Shown here: positions 40,312-52,891 of the stretch, piece by piece
How the letters are laid out: every line of letters starts with the position of its first letter
Numbering within the stretch: the stretch's first letter is position 1
Source of the DNA: Macrostomum hystrix
Taxonomy: Eukaryota > Animalia > Platyhelminthes
DNA: 64,000 nucleotides
Direction of reading: 5' to 3'
Assembly: GCA_950097015.1 (NCBI GenBank)
Contig: CATNEN010000012.1
Coordinates: forward strand, 1,612,001-1,676,000
Translations under genes and position numbers: made by a program
Notes under the pieces: model-generated
Told to the model about the DNA's origin: nothing
The model's input: the letters and a program-made list of their open reading frames with translations, nothing else
Databases searched by the model: none

Positions 40312-41070
40312 GTGGCACAGCTGATAGAGACTGGCACAATTGATAGAGACAATTGATCAGCTGATAGAGACAATTGATCAGCTGATAGAGACAATTGATC
40401 AGCTGATAGAGACAATTGATCAGCTGATAGAGACAATTGATCAGCTGATAGAGACAATTGATCAGCTGATAGAGACAGTGGCACAGCTAATAGAGACAGT
40501 GGCACAGCTGATAGAGATAATTGATCAGTTGATAGAGACAGTGGCACAGCTGATAGAGGCAATTGATCAGTTGATAGAGACAGTGGCACAGCTGATAGAG
40601 GCAATTGATCAGTTGATAGAGACAGTGGCACAGCTGATAGAGGCAATTGATCAGTTGATAGAGACAGTGGCACAGCTGATAGAGGCAATTGATCAGTTGA
40701 TAGAGACAGTGGCACAGCTGATAGAGGCAATTGATCAGTTGATAGAGACAGTGGCACAGCTGATAGAGGCAATTGATCAGTTGATAGAGACAGTGGCACA
40801 GCTGATAGAGGCAATTGATCAGTTGATAGAGACAGTGGCACAGCTGATAGAGACAGTGGCACAGCTGATAGAGACAGTGGCACAGCTGATAGAGGCAATT
40901 GATCAGTTGATAGAGACAGTGGCACAGCTGAAAGAGACAATTGATCAGTTGATAGAGACAGTGGCACAGCTGATAGAGACCATTGATCAGTTGATAGAGA
41001 CAGTGGCACAGCTGATAGAGACAATTGATCAGTTGATAGAGACAGTGGCACAGCTGATAGAGGCATTGGA
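40312..41070. repeat. 21-bp minisatellite with 42-bp dimer
   Basis: CAGCTGATAGAGACAATTGAT / CAGTTGATAGAGACAGTGGCA. Confidence 0.95.
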
Positions 41071-42365
41071 TCATCTGACAAAGCTGACCATTTTATCAAG
41101 CAGCGTGCTAAATTAGCCGAAAATTCACATGAACATGCGGAAACAACTGGCAGATGGACCCCGCATTTTCAAGCGAAATCTCTCAGCCCAGCTCAAGCGT
41201 GACACCTGCTGGGTCATCGTCAAAGCCCGAGCTGAGAGCTCTGAGTGAACTCAAAATTTATGAGAACAAGTTTGCCTCACTCGCGCTCAACTTGAGTAGG
41301 TCCTTGTGGAACGTGACTGCACGCGTGTTGCGTTCTGAATTGGGCACATTGGGCCAGCAAGCTGGACAATGCCTTTCAACGTCGCTAATTGGTCCCCAGA
41401 GTCCAGGCGAACACACATTTAGGGAAGTCTAGCGTTTTTTCTACATCAGAAAACGCTGCTGAGTTTGTCCGCTGATATTTGAAACGTCCGCTAGAATCCA
41501 CTTACTCTACAACTGGTCTCCGAGGAGAAATATGAAGCAAATTAGATAGATAGATAAATGATGGAGCGAGACAGACAAGGACGGACTGTTGAGTCTAGTT
41601 CTCAAGTCATTCGATCCTTTGCTGAGCACCTCAGGGACTTGACCAATAGTTTCGGCAGCAATTTTATCTCCTTCATTCCAAATTCTCAATCTGATTGCCC
41701 GATCAATCAATCAAGTGAGTGGAGGAACTTCTCTTTGCAAACACCTCCGCAGCTGACTGGGTCTCAGGCCAATCTTCGCTGGCGGAGGGAGGCGGTTGAT
41801 GAGCAATTCAAGCTGTAAGAGTAGAATTTCAAGTCTATAGTGTAACTTCGCCAAGGATGTTGCCTGCTATTGACTCCGATGGGGATTTTCCTCCCTACGA
41901 TAGAAGAAGCAGTGTTTTCTTCTCCTAGAACTGACTTTCTTATATTTCATTGTCTCGAAAGGCTTGCGATTCAGGCATCATCAATTGAGGCGGTTCGAGT
42001 CTGTTGGACAAGTAAATCCCAGTTACTAGGCCAGGAAACTGGGCTGCTTCTGCTTTTCTGCTGTTTGTGCTTTAGCTCTTCCAGGATTGAAAGAGCTGTG
42101 CAACATCGCCCAGCTCAGCTATCTGATTTACTCTCTGCTGGGTGGCCGCCAACCCCCAGCTGAATCAGCCAATGGAAGCTCTCCAACCTGACATCCACCC
42201 CAGCCTCCAAGCCTCACCTCCATAGATTAGGGCGGCTAGCTCAGGGAAGCATTTCTCATGGTCAGTCAGAAAAGGCTACTGTTAGAGCGGAAGCTTTGAA
42301 AATTATTCGACGTCGACAGGCCTCTCAAACGGTTCGGGAAGGACTGTCCGGCTGCCCGACCTGAC

Positions 42366-44145
42366 ATGGCTGCTGCGACCGCTGTCATCTGCGCTCTAGT
42401 CAGCTGTCGGTGGCCTCTGTCAGTGGCTGCGGCAGTGTCAGTAGAAGCAACGTCCTCGACTGACCCATTCGACTTCGACTTCACCTGGCTGCCCCACAGT
42501 CCAGTTGCCAATGACACCGTACGGTTCATGGCGCTGCAACCGTATAGCAACACCAGATCCTGGCTTCCCGATGACCGTTTCCGCTGGTTCCACCTGCGGC
42601 CCAAAGCTGGCTTCCGCCTCATTTCCATCGGACCTAGATTCGAGGCTAACGCTAGCTCGGAATACTTCCAGGTAAGGCTGGGCATTGTGCAGGTTCGGAA
42701 CGCCAGGGACTGCAAACAGGGACTGCAACCAGGGACTGCAACCAGGGACTGCAACCAGGGACTGCAACCAGGGACTGCAACCAGGGACTGCAACTCTGGA
42801 CTGCAACTTGGGACTGCAACTTGGGACTGCAACTTGGGACTGCAACTTGGAACTGCAACTTGGGACTGCAATTTGGGACTGCAATTTGGGACTGCAACTT
42901 GGGACTGCAAGGGGGGTCGGTGGCAGAGCGGTTATCGCGTTTGCCTCTCGCACCACGGTCCCTAAGTTCAATTCCATGGCGAGGCCACATTTATTTGGGG
43001 CGCAGCCGCGGAGAGAAGGCTTGATGGCTTGTCGTGCAATTTACGCCCTTGAGGGCCAACCTCCAAGGCACAGTGAAATGTACACTGCCTGACGATGAGA
43101 AAGTCAGGGCAGATGTACACACCTGTGTGAGCGTGCGTACAGTATCTGTGTGCGTGTGTGCTCAGGAGTCAGCGAAATGGGCAGAATTGCCTCCTCGCTG
43201 GCTGCGAGTCTAGTATCACCAAATGATGTGGCACTGCCCGCAGCCCTCCTGCAATTATTATCATTATTATTATTATTATTATTATTATTGGGACTGCAAC
43301 TTCAGACTTCAAATGGGGATTGCAACCAGAGACTGCAACCAGGGACTGAAACTTAGGACTGCAAAAATAGACTGCAATTATGAATCGCAACCAGGGACTG
43401 CAAACAGGGGTTACAACCAAGGGTACGGTTCTTTAGTTTTGCAAAGTGGACCTCTAGATGTTTTATTTACATCGTGGTAACGTCATTAACGCCGTTTTCG
43501 TTAAGTTTGTCCTTGTCTGTTCTCCATCCGCAGGGACTCTACAAACTGCGAGTTGAGTTAACCCACAGAAACGACAGTCTAAAAAAATATACTCACCGCT
43601 ACATTGACATTATCAAATACGTCGGCGTACAGTCCCGAGTTCGCGCCCTACTACTAGCCGACGGTCGAAGCATCAGACAGGAGCGTGACATCATCGATAA
43701 GAGGCCAATCGGCAACTTGACCTGCCGATTCTGGGGCCAGCCGCGCCTGGATCGAATCCGGTTTTGGGCCCCGGCCACTGCCGGCTGCTCCGAGCCGCAG
43801 TTCGCGCAGCACGAGCAGGACCGCCCGTACCTCGACCTGGTGACCAGGTGTCGCACGCTGGCGCCTGGACGCTACGTATGCGCCGGCGGCAACGACCTAG
43901 GAGACTGGCAGCTGCACTGCGAACTGCCGGCTCTGGCCTCCGCCTCAAGCGGGCTGGGAAATTCGCTGTGCTACCAGCCGGGGCCGTGGCCGAGGCACGG
44001 CATGTGGCGCATGGACGCCGACAAAAGAACGAACGGTCGAGGAACTAACGGAGCCCCCCGACTAACTGATGCTGTTCGCGGCCTGTTGCTGCTGGTGTTT
44101 GAGCTTTGCCTGATGGCGTGTTTAGCCTCTTTCGTGCAAGTGTGA
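42366..44145 (+). CDS. Cell-surface Ig-superfamily protein (signal peptide, PKD/Ig-like domain, I-set-like Ig domain, hydrophobic C-terminus), about 305 aa
   Basis: Exon 1 42366-42671 (CAG|gtaagg) and exon 2 43534-44145 (ccgcag|GGA), phase 0. Ig pattern LTCRFWGQP..IRFW..L..PGRYVCAGGNDLG; C-terminal hydrophobic tail GLLLLVFELCLMACLASFVQV. Confidence 0.7.
42700..43415. repeat. 13-bp minisatellite interrupted by SINE A (Ig-gene intron)
   Basis: Unit GGGACTGCAAC(CA/TT) at 42700-42910 and 43290-43415. Confidence 0.9.
42911..43289 (+). mobile_element. tRNA-derived SINE (family A) with (ATT)n tail, inserted into a 13-bp intronic minisatellite
   Basis: A-box TGGCAGAGCGG, B-box-like AGTTCAATTCC, body closely similar to 60157-60477, (ATT)n tail; the 13-bp array resumes after the tail. 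Confidence 0.7.
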
Positions 44146-44164
44146 TTGTGTACTCAAGCGTGCC

Positions 44165-44940
44165 TTATAGTGTGCTCAGTTGTGCTTGATAGTGTGCTCG
44201 AGACTGCTTGATAGTGTGCTCGAGGCTGCTTGATAGTGTGCTCGAGGCTGCTTGATAGTGTGCTCGAGGGTGCTTGATAGTGTGCTCGAGGGTGCTTAAT
44301 AGTGTGCTCGAGGGTGCTTGATAGTGTGCTCGAGAGTGCTTGATAGTGTGCTCAGTTGTGCTTGATAGTGTGCTCGAGGCTGCTTGATAGTGTGCTCGAG
44401 GCTGCTTGATAGTGTGCTCAGGTGTGCTTGATAGTGTGCTCGAGGCTGCTTAATAGTGTGCTCGAGGCTGCTTGATAGTGTGCTCGAGAGTGCTTGATAG
44501 TGTGCTCAGTTGTGCTTGATAGTGTGCTCGAGGCTGCTTGATAGTGTGCTCGAGGCTGCTTGATAGTGTGCTCGAGGCTGCTTGATAGTGTGCTCGAGGC
44601 TGCTTGATAGTGTGCTCGAGGCTGCTTGATAGTGTGTTCGAGGGTGCTTAATAGTGTGCTCGAGGCTGCTTGATAGTGTGCTCGAGGGTGCTTAATAGTG
44701 TGCTCGAGGGTGCTTGATAGTGTGCTCGAGAGTGCTTGATAGTGTGCTCGAGAGTGCTTGATGGTGTGTTCAGGTGTGCTTGATAGTGTGCTCAGGTGTG
44801 CTTGATAGTGTGTTCAGGTGGGCTTGATAGTGTGCTCGAGGATGCTTGATAGTGTGTTTAGGTGTGCTTGATAGTGTGCTCAAGCGTTCTTGATAGTATG
44901 CTCAATTTTGTGCTTGATAGTGTGCTCAGGTGTGCTTGTT
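44165..44940. repeat. 22-bp minisatellite just downstream of the Ig-gene stop
   Basis: Unit TGCTTGATAGTGTGCTCGAGGC. Confidence 0.95.
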
Positions 44941-46260
44941 AGTTTTGATGAGATGGGCCTGACAAATTGATCGGGTGTGCTTGATCGTATCCTGTTATAA
45001 TTCACTTTATTTGAGTGTGAATGCTGAGAAGTCGGGGCAATAGTTAATGTTGTGAAAGCCAGAGACCACTTAGCTCTCAACTAAATAAAAAACGCGTGTA
45101 CTGCCGCCTGCTTTCATCGGCCTGTTCAACAATTCGGTATTATTATTATATGCAATTTTTTATGAGCGAATTTCGTTGCCCTCCTCATTGCTAGTAAAGT
45201 TATTATTGCACTGGCTTTTGCTACTGAATCTCATATTTGTTAGCGTACAGTCTCACTCTTTTTATTTAGGAATTCCGTGGTGCCCTAAATCCATAATAGG
45301 ATATTGGTTGTTCAGTCTGGTTGATCTAGTACATAGACATGTGGAAATCGCATCAACAATTGAACCATGCAGCCGCTGACAAAGCTGTTCAGTCTGTGGA
45401 CTGGGGCATTAACGTGGATCACTATCTAAGCACTATTATGTACGGATATTTTTATTACCATCTTCCTAAATCGATTTCGATAATATTCTCAATAAAATGT
45501 ATGTTAGACCCACAAATCACCTTGTTGCCACCCTTATAGATGCGTGGCTGAGCCACTATGCATCCGACAAGATAGTTTTGAATTCCTGTTTTTTTATTTA
45601 ATTGATGGTTCTATGAAACAACAATTGATTTCAATTTTAATTGGATCCCTACTTTGAATCAGTAGGGATCGATGAAGCTACCGAAAATACAGCGAGTCGC
45701 ATTTCGCTTTCGCATCAGTACTATCAGGAGGTGCCAGTCTGGCTAGCCTCAACCTACTCAATCGGTAATTTGCGTGACAACGCCCCTGCAGCCAGCTTAC
45801 TAAGACGTTTTCTCCCCCCCTCCCTACCAAAACCGAGAACAAAAGCCTCACAAAGAGGATTGTTGAAGAGTGTATTGTGCTCCCATCAACGCCGCCAAAA
45901 AACACGGCGGACGGAATCAAGAGCAAATGCGGCACCGCATTTCTCTCTGTCTTTCTTAGTCTCTCCGTCTCCTAAATGTGTTTTCTTCTGTCTGTTAACT
46001 CCAATGAGTTAGGAAACTGCGCTGTTGCAGCCGGGTAACAATGAGCCGCTTCCTTTTTGAGGCGGCTATTTTTTCTCCCCATTGTCTATAGCCTACTGTG
46101 GCTATACTGCATCGGGTTTTCTAGCACTTGACACAGATCCTTGTTGAATGAAGCCTTGGCAATCGATTCAAACGCTCATACTTAAAAGGGCTTATACTTT
46201 TAGCCCTAACTGTTTAGCCTCTTCCGCAGCGATTGATTTACGAGTATAACAAAAACAGCT

Positions 46261-47623
46261 GTGCGTTTCATTTAGTAACAAATATATTTTTACTCATGCA
46301 CTAGCTACACTCACATCCTATACTTAATTCGCAAATGTGAACACAAACAACGCGACATGAACGGACACTCACAGTCACAGCACAGAGATAAGGTCTTGGT
46401 GAACGAGATGATTTAAGTTTCATTTATGCGCACCACACTAGACGGTCGTCGTTCAAACTGTGTGAAAAAGCTATAACCGAAATTATTATGATCAATACTC
46501 TTCCAGCCTGCTTATAAGAAGTTGCAGATCGACTGCACATTCAGCTTCTGTCCCCGCATATTCTATCAACTTTTGATTGTCCATGGAAAGGTCCTCAATG
46601 CATGAGAAGCCTATAATTGTATTCTTTCTGCTCACCGCGAATACCCAGGAGACATATGAGACAGTGAGACGTACATGCTGGGACCTGCTGCATGCAGAAG
46701 TTCGCAGAGCTACTGGAAGGGACTGCCGGGCCATCGATGTTCTCACTGACTTCGAATTCGCAAGCATGAACACCTTTGTCGGCAAGTGGCCGCGATACCC
46801 ACTTCCCAACCTATGTGGCTGTTTTTTCATTACTGTCAGTGCCTCCCGCGTCGCGTGACTACCGGCGGATTGAAGGCGGCGTATGAAACAGATCCGAAAG
46901 TTCAGGCAACTGTCGGACGTCTGACAGCCTTGTTTCTAATGCCATTGGCTAGAATTGCGGATGCGTTCCAGTTCATCATTGCTGACATGCCAGATCCGGC
47001 GCATCCAAACCATGCACAAGTGTTCGCCCTACTAGACTAATGTGACGCCGCTGAGAGCCATCATCACGCTTTTATTCAAACGGCTGGAAACCATCGGCTG
47101 AACATTCATGCCTTTGGGCATGAAGTACGAGTAGTCAAGGAGCTTCAAAATTGCAAAACCCGCATTTAACAGCGAGAAGTTGGCATTGCCACTGCCGACA
47201 AAATGCATGTGCGAAGAGGCTGGCGACCAACATTACAAGACTCAGGAGGGAGTTCGAGCATGGACAATGTACCCTGGAGCAATACCTCGATGCGGCTGGC
47301 CATCAACTTGCGCTTTGAACAGCAAGCTTTTACGAACGTATTAATGACCAAAAGTGAGTGCGAACTACAGCTATTTTTCTAATTATTTTAAGGTTGCTTT
47401 GCTTAGCTGTCTTGGGCGTCTAGTGTGGCAAAGAAATGTCATTAATAAGAGGAGCGCATAACTGAAACTTAAATCATCTCGTTCACCAAGACCTTATCTC
47501 TGTGCTGTGACTGTGAGTGTCCGTTCATGTCGCGTTGTTTGTGTTCACATTTGCGAATTAAGTAGGATGTGAGTATAGCTAGTGCATGAATAAAAATATA
47601 TTTTAGATATGAACATAACGTCC
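46261..47623 (+). mobile_element. Non-autonomous Mutator-like (MULE) DNA transposon with long TIRs and a disrupted transposase fragment
   Basis: About 150-bp near-perfect inverted repeats (46280-46430 / 47454-47603) with degenerate outer 20 bp; 9-bp TSD AAAACAGCT at 46252-46260 and 47624-47632. Frameshifted MULE DDE remnant: FLLTANTQETY..DVLTDFEFAS..GCFFH(fs)YCQCL..GLKAAYETD..LTALFLMP..IADAF..AAESHHHAF..HRLNIHAF. Confidence 0.85.
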
Positions 47624-48555
47624 AAAACAGCTTAGCGGGATAGGGATTTGGCGAATCAGGATTTCTACGAGTCGGGATTCGGCAAAGCGAGGTTTCGGCC
47701 AATCGAGATTCGGCGAATCGGCATCCACCCGAAGCTTGGGAATTGCAGCAAAGAAAATCTAAATGCTGCTAGATGCACTTTTATCCACGCAGATTAGCTT
47801 TAAAAACTATAAAATTAAATGCCCATTTGCATCTTTTTTATTTACTTTTTTTCGACTACGCTCGTATCACAGTGAGAACACGACTATGATAGGGCAGCTC
47901 ACAGAGAATATTTCGTATACTGCTAATGCTACTCGTATGTACGAGTAAAGCAGAAAATATATCGGCTATATATATGTTTCTAGTTCACTGATTTGTAAAA
48001 GCTGTATACACATTTGAATTGACCATAATTAGTTTGCGGTTGTCATGCGCTTAATAGATAAGAATCACAGACTGCATGGACACGGTATGTAATAAAAAAG
48101 GATTCTGTTTGTAATCTAAGCTTTCTTATGAGCCGAGTCTGTCTCTTTGCTACGAGCGTTAATAGCAATCAAAACCGTGTCCTGCGTTTGCACTTTTATA
48201 CAAAGCACAAGCTCGTATACTCGTAAATGAAATTGAAGACATTCAGTTGAATTAACTTAATAAACAAGTGAATAAAAATACACGCAGGCTATATGCTTAA
48301 ACATTTTTTCTTCTCTTGGGTGCACCCAGCGTAGGCCATAGACTATGCTATGAGTGTGAGCCAAAGCGGGCATTTTCGGCCATAGACAACGAAGAGTACA
48401 GTTTGGTTGGCAGAGCTTTTCGCATGAATATCAAGCGGTCTGTGCTTTCTAAGAAGACAAGTCTAGTAGAAAGACGGCTCACTTGATCATTTCAACGCCA
48501 AAAAATAAGAGAGCCCAGATTTTCACTAAAGCCTGACAAGCGTGCAAGTATAAAA

Positions 48556-49920
48556 ATGCAAGAATTGGCGATGGCGGACCCCGAAGGCAAAATCTGCAGG
48601 TACTTTAACACTCTAGGCGGGTGCTGGTACGGCCAGCAGTGCAAGTTTCTGCACATCCCCAACCAGAAACCGCCGTGCAAGTTTTTCTTTTCCACCTCCG
48701 GCTGCCGCTTTGGAGATGCGTGCCACTTCTCTCACGATCGTATGTCGCTAAAGTCCGTGGAGAACAGCGCGCCAGAGTCCGAGGAGCTGCCAAGCCAAGA
48801 CCTAAAGGCCGCGGTCAGCACCGGTGCTTCTGGCGAGGGTTACCAATCTGGAACTAACAACAATAGCATGTTCCAAACTGTTCAACAGTTAGAAGCGGTC
48901 GATGCCGATGCAGTTGACAACAGTGTCATCTACTGCACCACATGCCGCAAGATGCTCCACCGTCAGGACAATGAGAGCTACTACAACCTTCTGCGCGACC
49001 ACTACATGGAGTGCTTCTTTGAGAAGGATGTAGATCACATTAGGAATGTGCGTGTTCGCGCCTCCATAGAATTCGGCGCGCTCTATTCGTGCAAGGCCTG
49101 CAACTTGGTATTTGAGAAGCCCTGGTCACTCTTCCAGCACTGCACCGACAAGGCCAACGGTAAAGCCATTAAATCGACCCGATTCGAGCGCAAGGTGCAC
49201 AACGAATGGTTGCAGGAAGTCGCGGGCTCCATGGCGGCGTACGACCTAGGTCTGTTCCCGCCGAATCAAGTTCGCGACAGTCTGCGCGAAAACATTCTAC
49301 CACCTGCTTTGGAAGAGGAAATCGAGTCAGCTTCCAACGCACTGAACATGTGCGTGTTGCTCAACTACATGCTGAACGGACTTGGCATGTCGCAGGGAAT
49401 GATGCCAAACGGTAGCAGTGTCGGTGCTGTCTCTGGTGTCGGCGGTGGCGTCGGTGGCGGCATGGCTATTCAGAGGTATAATGGCCGGTCGGCTAGCCGG
49501 TCCGCGGGGGCAAGCCGCGGAGGAGGACCTCGTCGTCGCTTCATCGGTAACTCCCAAGATCGAGCGGCTGCTGCAGCGGCTGCAGCTTCGGCTACGGCTG
49601 CGGCAGTGGCAGCGGTGGTAACGGCGCCAGTCAAATCGAATGCTACGGCTGATTCTCCCCAGGATAGTGAAACTTTGGACACAAAGAGCTCGTCAACACC
49701 ATCGATGGTGGACAAGAAGCCGGACCCGGCATGCGGCGATGTGGAGGTTCTACCGACATCGCCAGATCAGAGCAGCGGAAACACATACGGATTCAGCAAG
49801 GAGGACGTCAACGAGCTTCGAACGCATGGGATTAATCCGTGGGACCCGGAGGCCCAGACGGCTCTGGCTGCGATTCATGGTGAATTTGACTACTTGTTGA
49901 GCCAGAATAATTCTGAGTGA
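48556..49920 (+). CDS. Intronless 454-aa protein with two N-terminal CCCH zinc fingers, further Cys/His clusters and a low-complexity Gly/Ala region
   Basis: Single ORF from ATG to TGA. Motifs CRYFNTLGGCWYGQQCKFLH and CKFFFSTSGCRFGDACHFSH (C-x8-C-x5-C-x3-H), plus YCTTC..H..C and CKAC..LFQHC. Confidence 0.85.
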   Translation: MQELAMADPEGKICRYFNTLGGCWYGQQCKFLHIPNQKPPCKFFFSTSGCRFGDACHFSHDRMSLKSVENSAPESEELPSQDLKAAVSTGASGEGYQSGTNNNSMFQTVQQLEAVDADAVDNSVIYCTTCRKMLHRQDNESYYNLLRDHYMECFFEKDVDHIRNVRVRASIEFGALYSCKACNLVFEKPWSLFQHCTDKANGKAIKSTRFERKVHNEWLQEVAGSMAAYDLGLFPPNQVRDSLRENILPPALEEEIESASNALNMCVLLNYMLNGLGMSQGMMPNGSSVGAVSGVGGGVGGGMAIQRYNGRSASRSAGASRGGGPRRRFIGNSQDRAAAAAAAASATAAAVAAVVTAPVKSNATADSPQDSETLDTKSSSTPSMVDKKPDPACGDVEVLPTSPDQSSGNTYGFSKEDVNELRTHGINPWDPEAQTALAAIHGEFDYLLSQNNSE

Positions 49921-51538
49921 ATTCTTAACAACTTTGGACGAAAAATTTAGCTTGCTAAATTTATTACGATAACCTAAACTCACCAAGTCATCACAGGAAG
50001 CTGTTCTTCCCTACTCGCTTTACTCAACGAAAATATTATTTTGTTCCTTCGTCATCATTCTTCCATCCTTCATCACTTATATTAGCCTTGAGCCTAAATA
50101 CCATAACGCATGACAACTGCGACTCTGCCACTCGTCTCATACCAAGCATAGTAGGAAAAACATATCAGGATGAACGCTCAGTGTCAAATTTGACGTATTA
50201 GAGTTTAAATATTGCCAACGAACATTAAAGCAATTCTACTGAGTGGCGGAGGGTCGTAGTATTGTCAGTCGCCCATTCTCTTTGTTGCCTTTGTTGCCGG
50301 TCAAGTTGCATAAATTTTAGACCGGAAGCAAGCCGGCGAGATCATAACCCAACCCAAACCGCACTCAACTCTTATTTTTCAATATTCTGCAAACTAGCAC
50401 TTTCTTTTGTTTTTTCAAGACACTTTTTCTTCCGTTTGTCTGCACTGAACTCAGCCTAGGGGCCTAGCTTTTCACACCAGGTCGCCAGCGGCAAATGCAG
50501 TTCGTGCTCATTTATTGAACTTACCCGCGTTTAGAAAAATCCTATTTAGTTTGCAGCGCATCCAAACACACAGATGATACACAGCAATCTTACAACATGC
50601 GAATTCGAACGCTTTTTGAGTCCAAAAACCCTCTTCAAGCAATAAAAAACTGTTACCAATCACAATTTCTGCTCTCCGGTGTTTACGCCGGTCCTGCTCT
50701 AACAGGTAAATGCACAAAGTCTGCGAAACTTCAAACGCAGTACCGGCCTGTGAAAGCCACAACCAATTGTACGCCATCGGCCAGTGTTTCTCTCCCCAAG
50801 CTCTCTGTTGAAAAAACTTTTGAATGCTTGACAAAGCACTTTTTAGGCAGAGTAAAATGTCGATGGGATGATTTTGTCAGACAGCAGAAGTTACATTTAT
50901 AAAGCGCTCGTAAAAAAGAGGTCTTTGAATGTTTGGAAATGCGCGATGAATTTCTCTTCTGCTCACTGCAAAAGCGTTACCTTGTATGCTAAAAAGGTTT
51001 TTGTTGGCAAATTGGTGTAATTCGTTCTTTGGTTGAAATAAAATAGACACAACCTTCATTCCCTTAATAAAAACTAATTGTCTTGCCTTACAATTTATTT
51101 ACTGAACTGAAAGTGTGAAGAGGACATATGTAATGTCGTTAACCCAGGGACTTCTAAAGTCGAATGTCAGCAAGACTCTTGATTCTTGTAAAAAATATTT
51201 GAACGCAAATACTTTTGTAGTTGATGAATGGTAGTGTTCGTAAACTAATCACTCGGAAAAATACTTAATTTCCTAAATATTAGCCATCACACGAAATCAC
51301 TATTCACTTAACCTCGGCCTTTAACTATTTTTCACAAAGCAACAGCCATTCGCATTTCTACGACCATCTAACTTTAGTGATAAGTCCTTGCGTTAATATA
51401 TCTTCTTGCGTCCTATTTAGTTTTTTCTGCGTTCAAATTGGTGCGTAGCTGCCAGCAGTAAGACGTGGCAAATCAATTTGGTAAAAACTGCACGAGCAAT
51501 TTGGGCCGGATGGGGGAGGCATATAGCCGAGACGAAGA

Positions 51539-51790
51539 ATGGCGCAGAGGGGACGATACGCTAAGTTCAGTATTTTGGACAGAGAGAGGATTGTGAATGT
51601 ATAGTCTCTGGTCGCGACTAGAAGGCGCGTCGTATGATGGGAATCGCAAAGCCGTCAGTTCGAAACATCGAGACTACGTACGAAGAGACCTGGAATCATG
51701 GAAGTCATGGAAGTTGAAACTAAATTTCTGCGAGTCTTTCAAACCGGACTGGAACAGAAGCGCAAATTTGCTCGCAGACTAAAATTCGAT
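51539..51790 (+). pseudogene. Possible degenerate Tc1/mariner-IS630-type transposase N-terminal HTH fragment
   Basis: Interrupted translation MAQRGRYAKFSILDRERIVNV*...MGIAKPSVRNIETTYEE resembles the paired-like HTH start of such transposases; no TIR or DDE region found. Confidence 0.3.
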
Positions 51791-52261
51791 AATTGCTGAA
51801 ATGTGTCGATTGCGAAAATATGAAATTGTCTATGGTCTAAACCTCAAGTAATTAAACTACTGGATAAACGGAAAAAAAGTTTAAAAAAATATAAGAAGCG
51901 ACAGAAAAAAACAACAGAGTAAGTATAAACAGAATATAGTAGAAAAAACTATATACCTGTGCCTGGGTGCCTGGTTACCGAGGTATATAGTATCTGTGAG
52001 TAAAAGCGATAATTTATTATCGCTAAAAATGAAATAGCGTCTAAATGTAAAAAAATAAAAGAAGGCAGACTAAAATCTCATGCAAGAACTGTTGTGTTAG
52101 TTTAGAAGACCTCGTTGCGATATTTGTAACACTACTAAATTAACTGGTACTGGTCGGTTAGCACAAGGTCGGGATAGCTGTAAGTTCGGTTGTACCTAGT
52201 GGATCTGATATTCTCATAATATAGACGAGTATCTATAATGATTTGATTATTATTATTATTT

Positions 52262-52542
52262 GATTACGACTTGAAGGTCGGGGGTTCGATTCCCGACTCC
52301 ACTGAAACAATTTGTGTCCTTTAGCAAGACACTTAACTCTGCATTGCTTCAGTTCACCCAGCTGTTAAATGGTTACCAGCATTAGCTGGGATAATTGAAG
52401 GTGGGTATGGCGTCCCCCCAGTCCATGGACTGAACAGCTGTACGCAGTCTTCAGATGCGCCGCGCAATAGCTGCGGTTGTGCTGTCGGCTGCACATCTGG
52501 CCCGATTGGGACAGGTGTAATCAATTATTATTATTATTATTA
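52262..52542 (+). mobile_element. tRNA-derived CORE-type SINE (family B), 5'-truncated, (TTA)n tail
   Basis: B-box GGTTCGATTCCC at 52283-52294. The segment TGTGTCCTTTAGCAAGACACTTAACTCTGCATTGCTTCAGTTCACCCAGCTGTTAAATGG resembles the MIR/CORE consensus; TTA repeats follow at the 3' end. Confidence 0.65.
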
Positions 52543-52891
52543 ATATATTATTATATGTTGTTTAGAGCGCTTAATCTAACGATGAAGCTAGTCAGCTCCG
52601 AACACACGATACACCTTAACCGATTTTGCTATTAAGTTTGGGTCTTGAACTCCCTATCCGGTAGGCCAATCCCGAGCATCAGCTTTCGCTCTTGCACCTT
52701 ATTTTATTTATTTGCGAATAGTTCGAGGTACACACGATGCTCCTTAACCGATTGGAAGCCAGTTTTTCTTTATGTTCAACTTTCTGTACATCACTTATAA
52801 CAAATTTACAAAAAATAATACTACAGCAAAGATCATTAACATTAACATCTGTAAGTATAAATTAATTACCTATGAAAGGCGCATAAAATAT

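Noticed and set aside
40340-41116. 258-aa heptad ORF (IETIDQL/IETVAQL)n resembling a coiled coil
   Set aside because: It is a 21-bp array open in several frames on both strands, starting at a non-ATG codon, with no splice context; the heptad is an artefact of the unit length.
52262-52310. Possible tRNA gene (GGTTCGATTCCC T-arm)
   Set aside because: No A-box/D-arm or acceptor stem; it continues into a CORE-like body and TTA tail, so it is a SINE.
52575-52610. Hammerhead-like GATGA-AGCT..AGCT-CCGAA
   Set aside because: The core deviates (no CUGANGA, no GAAA) and flanking stems I/III are not evident.
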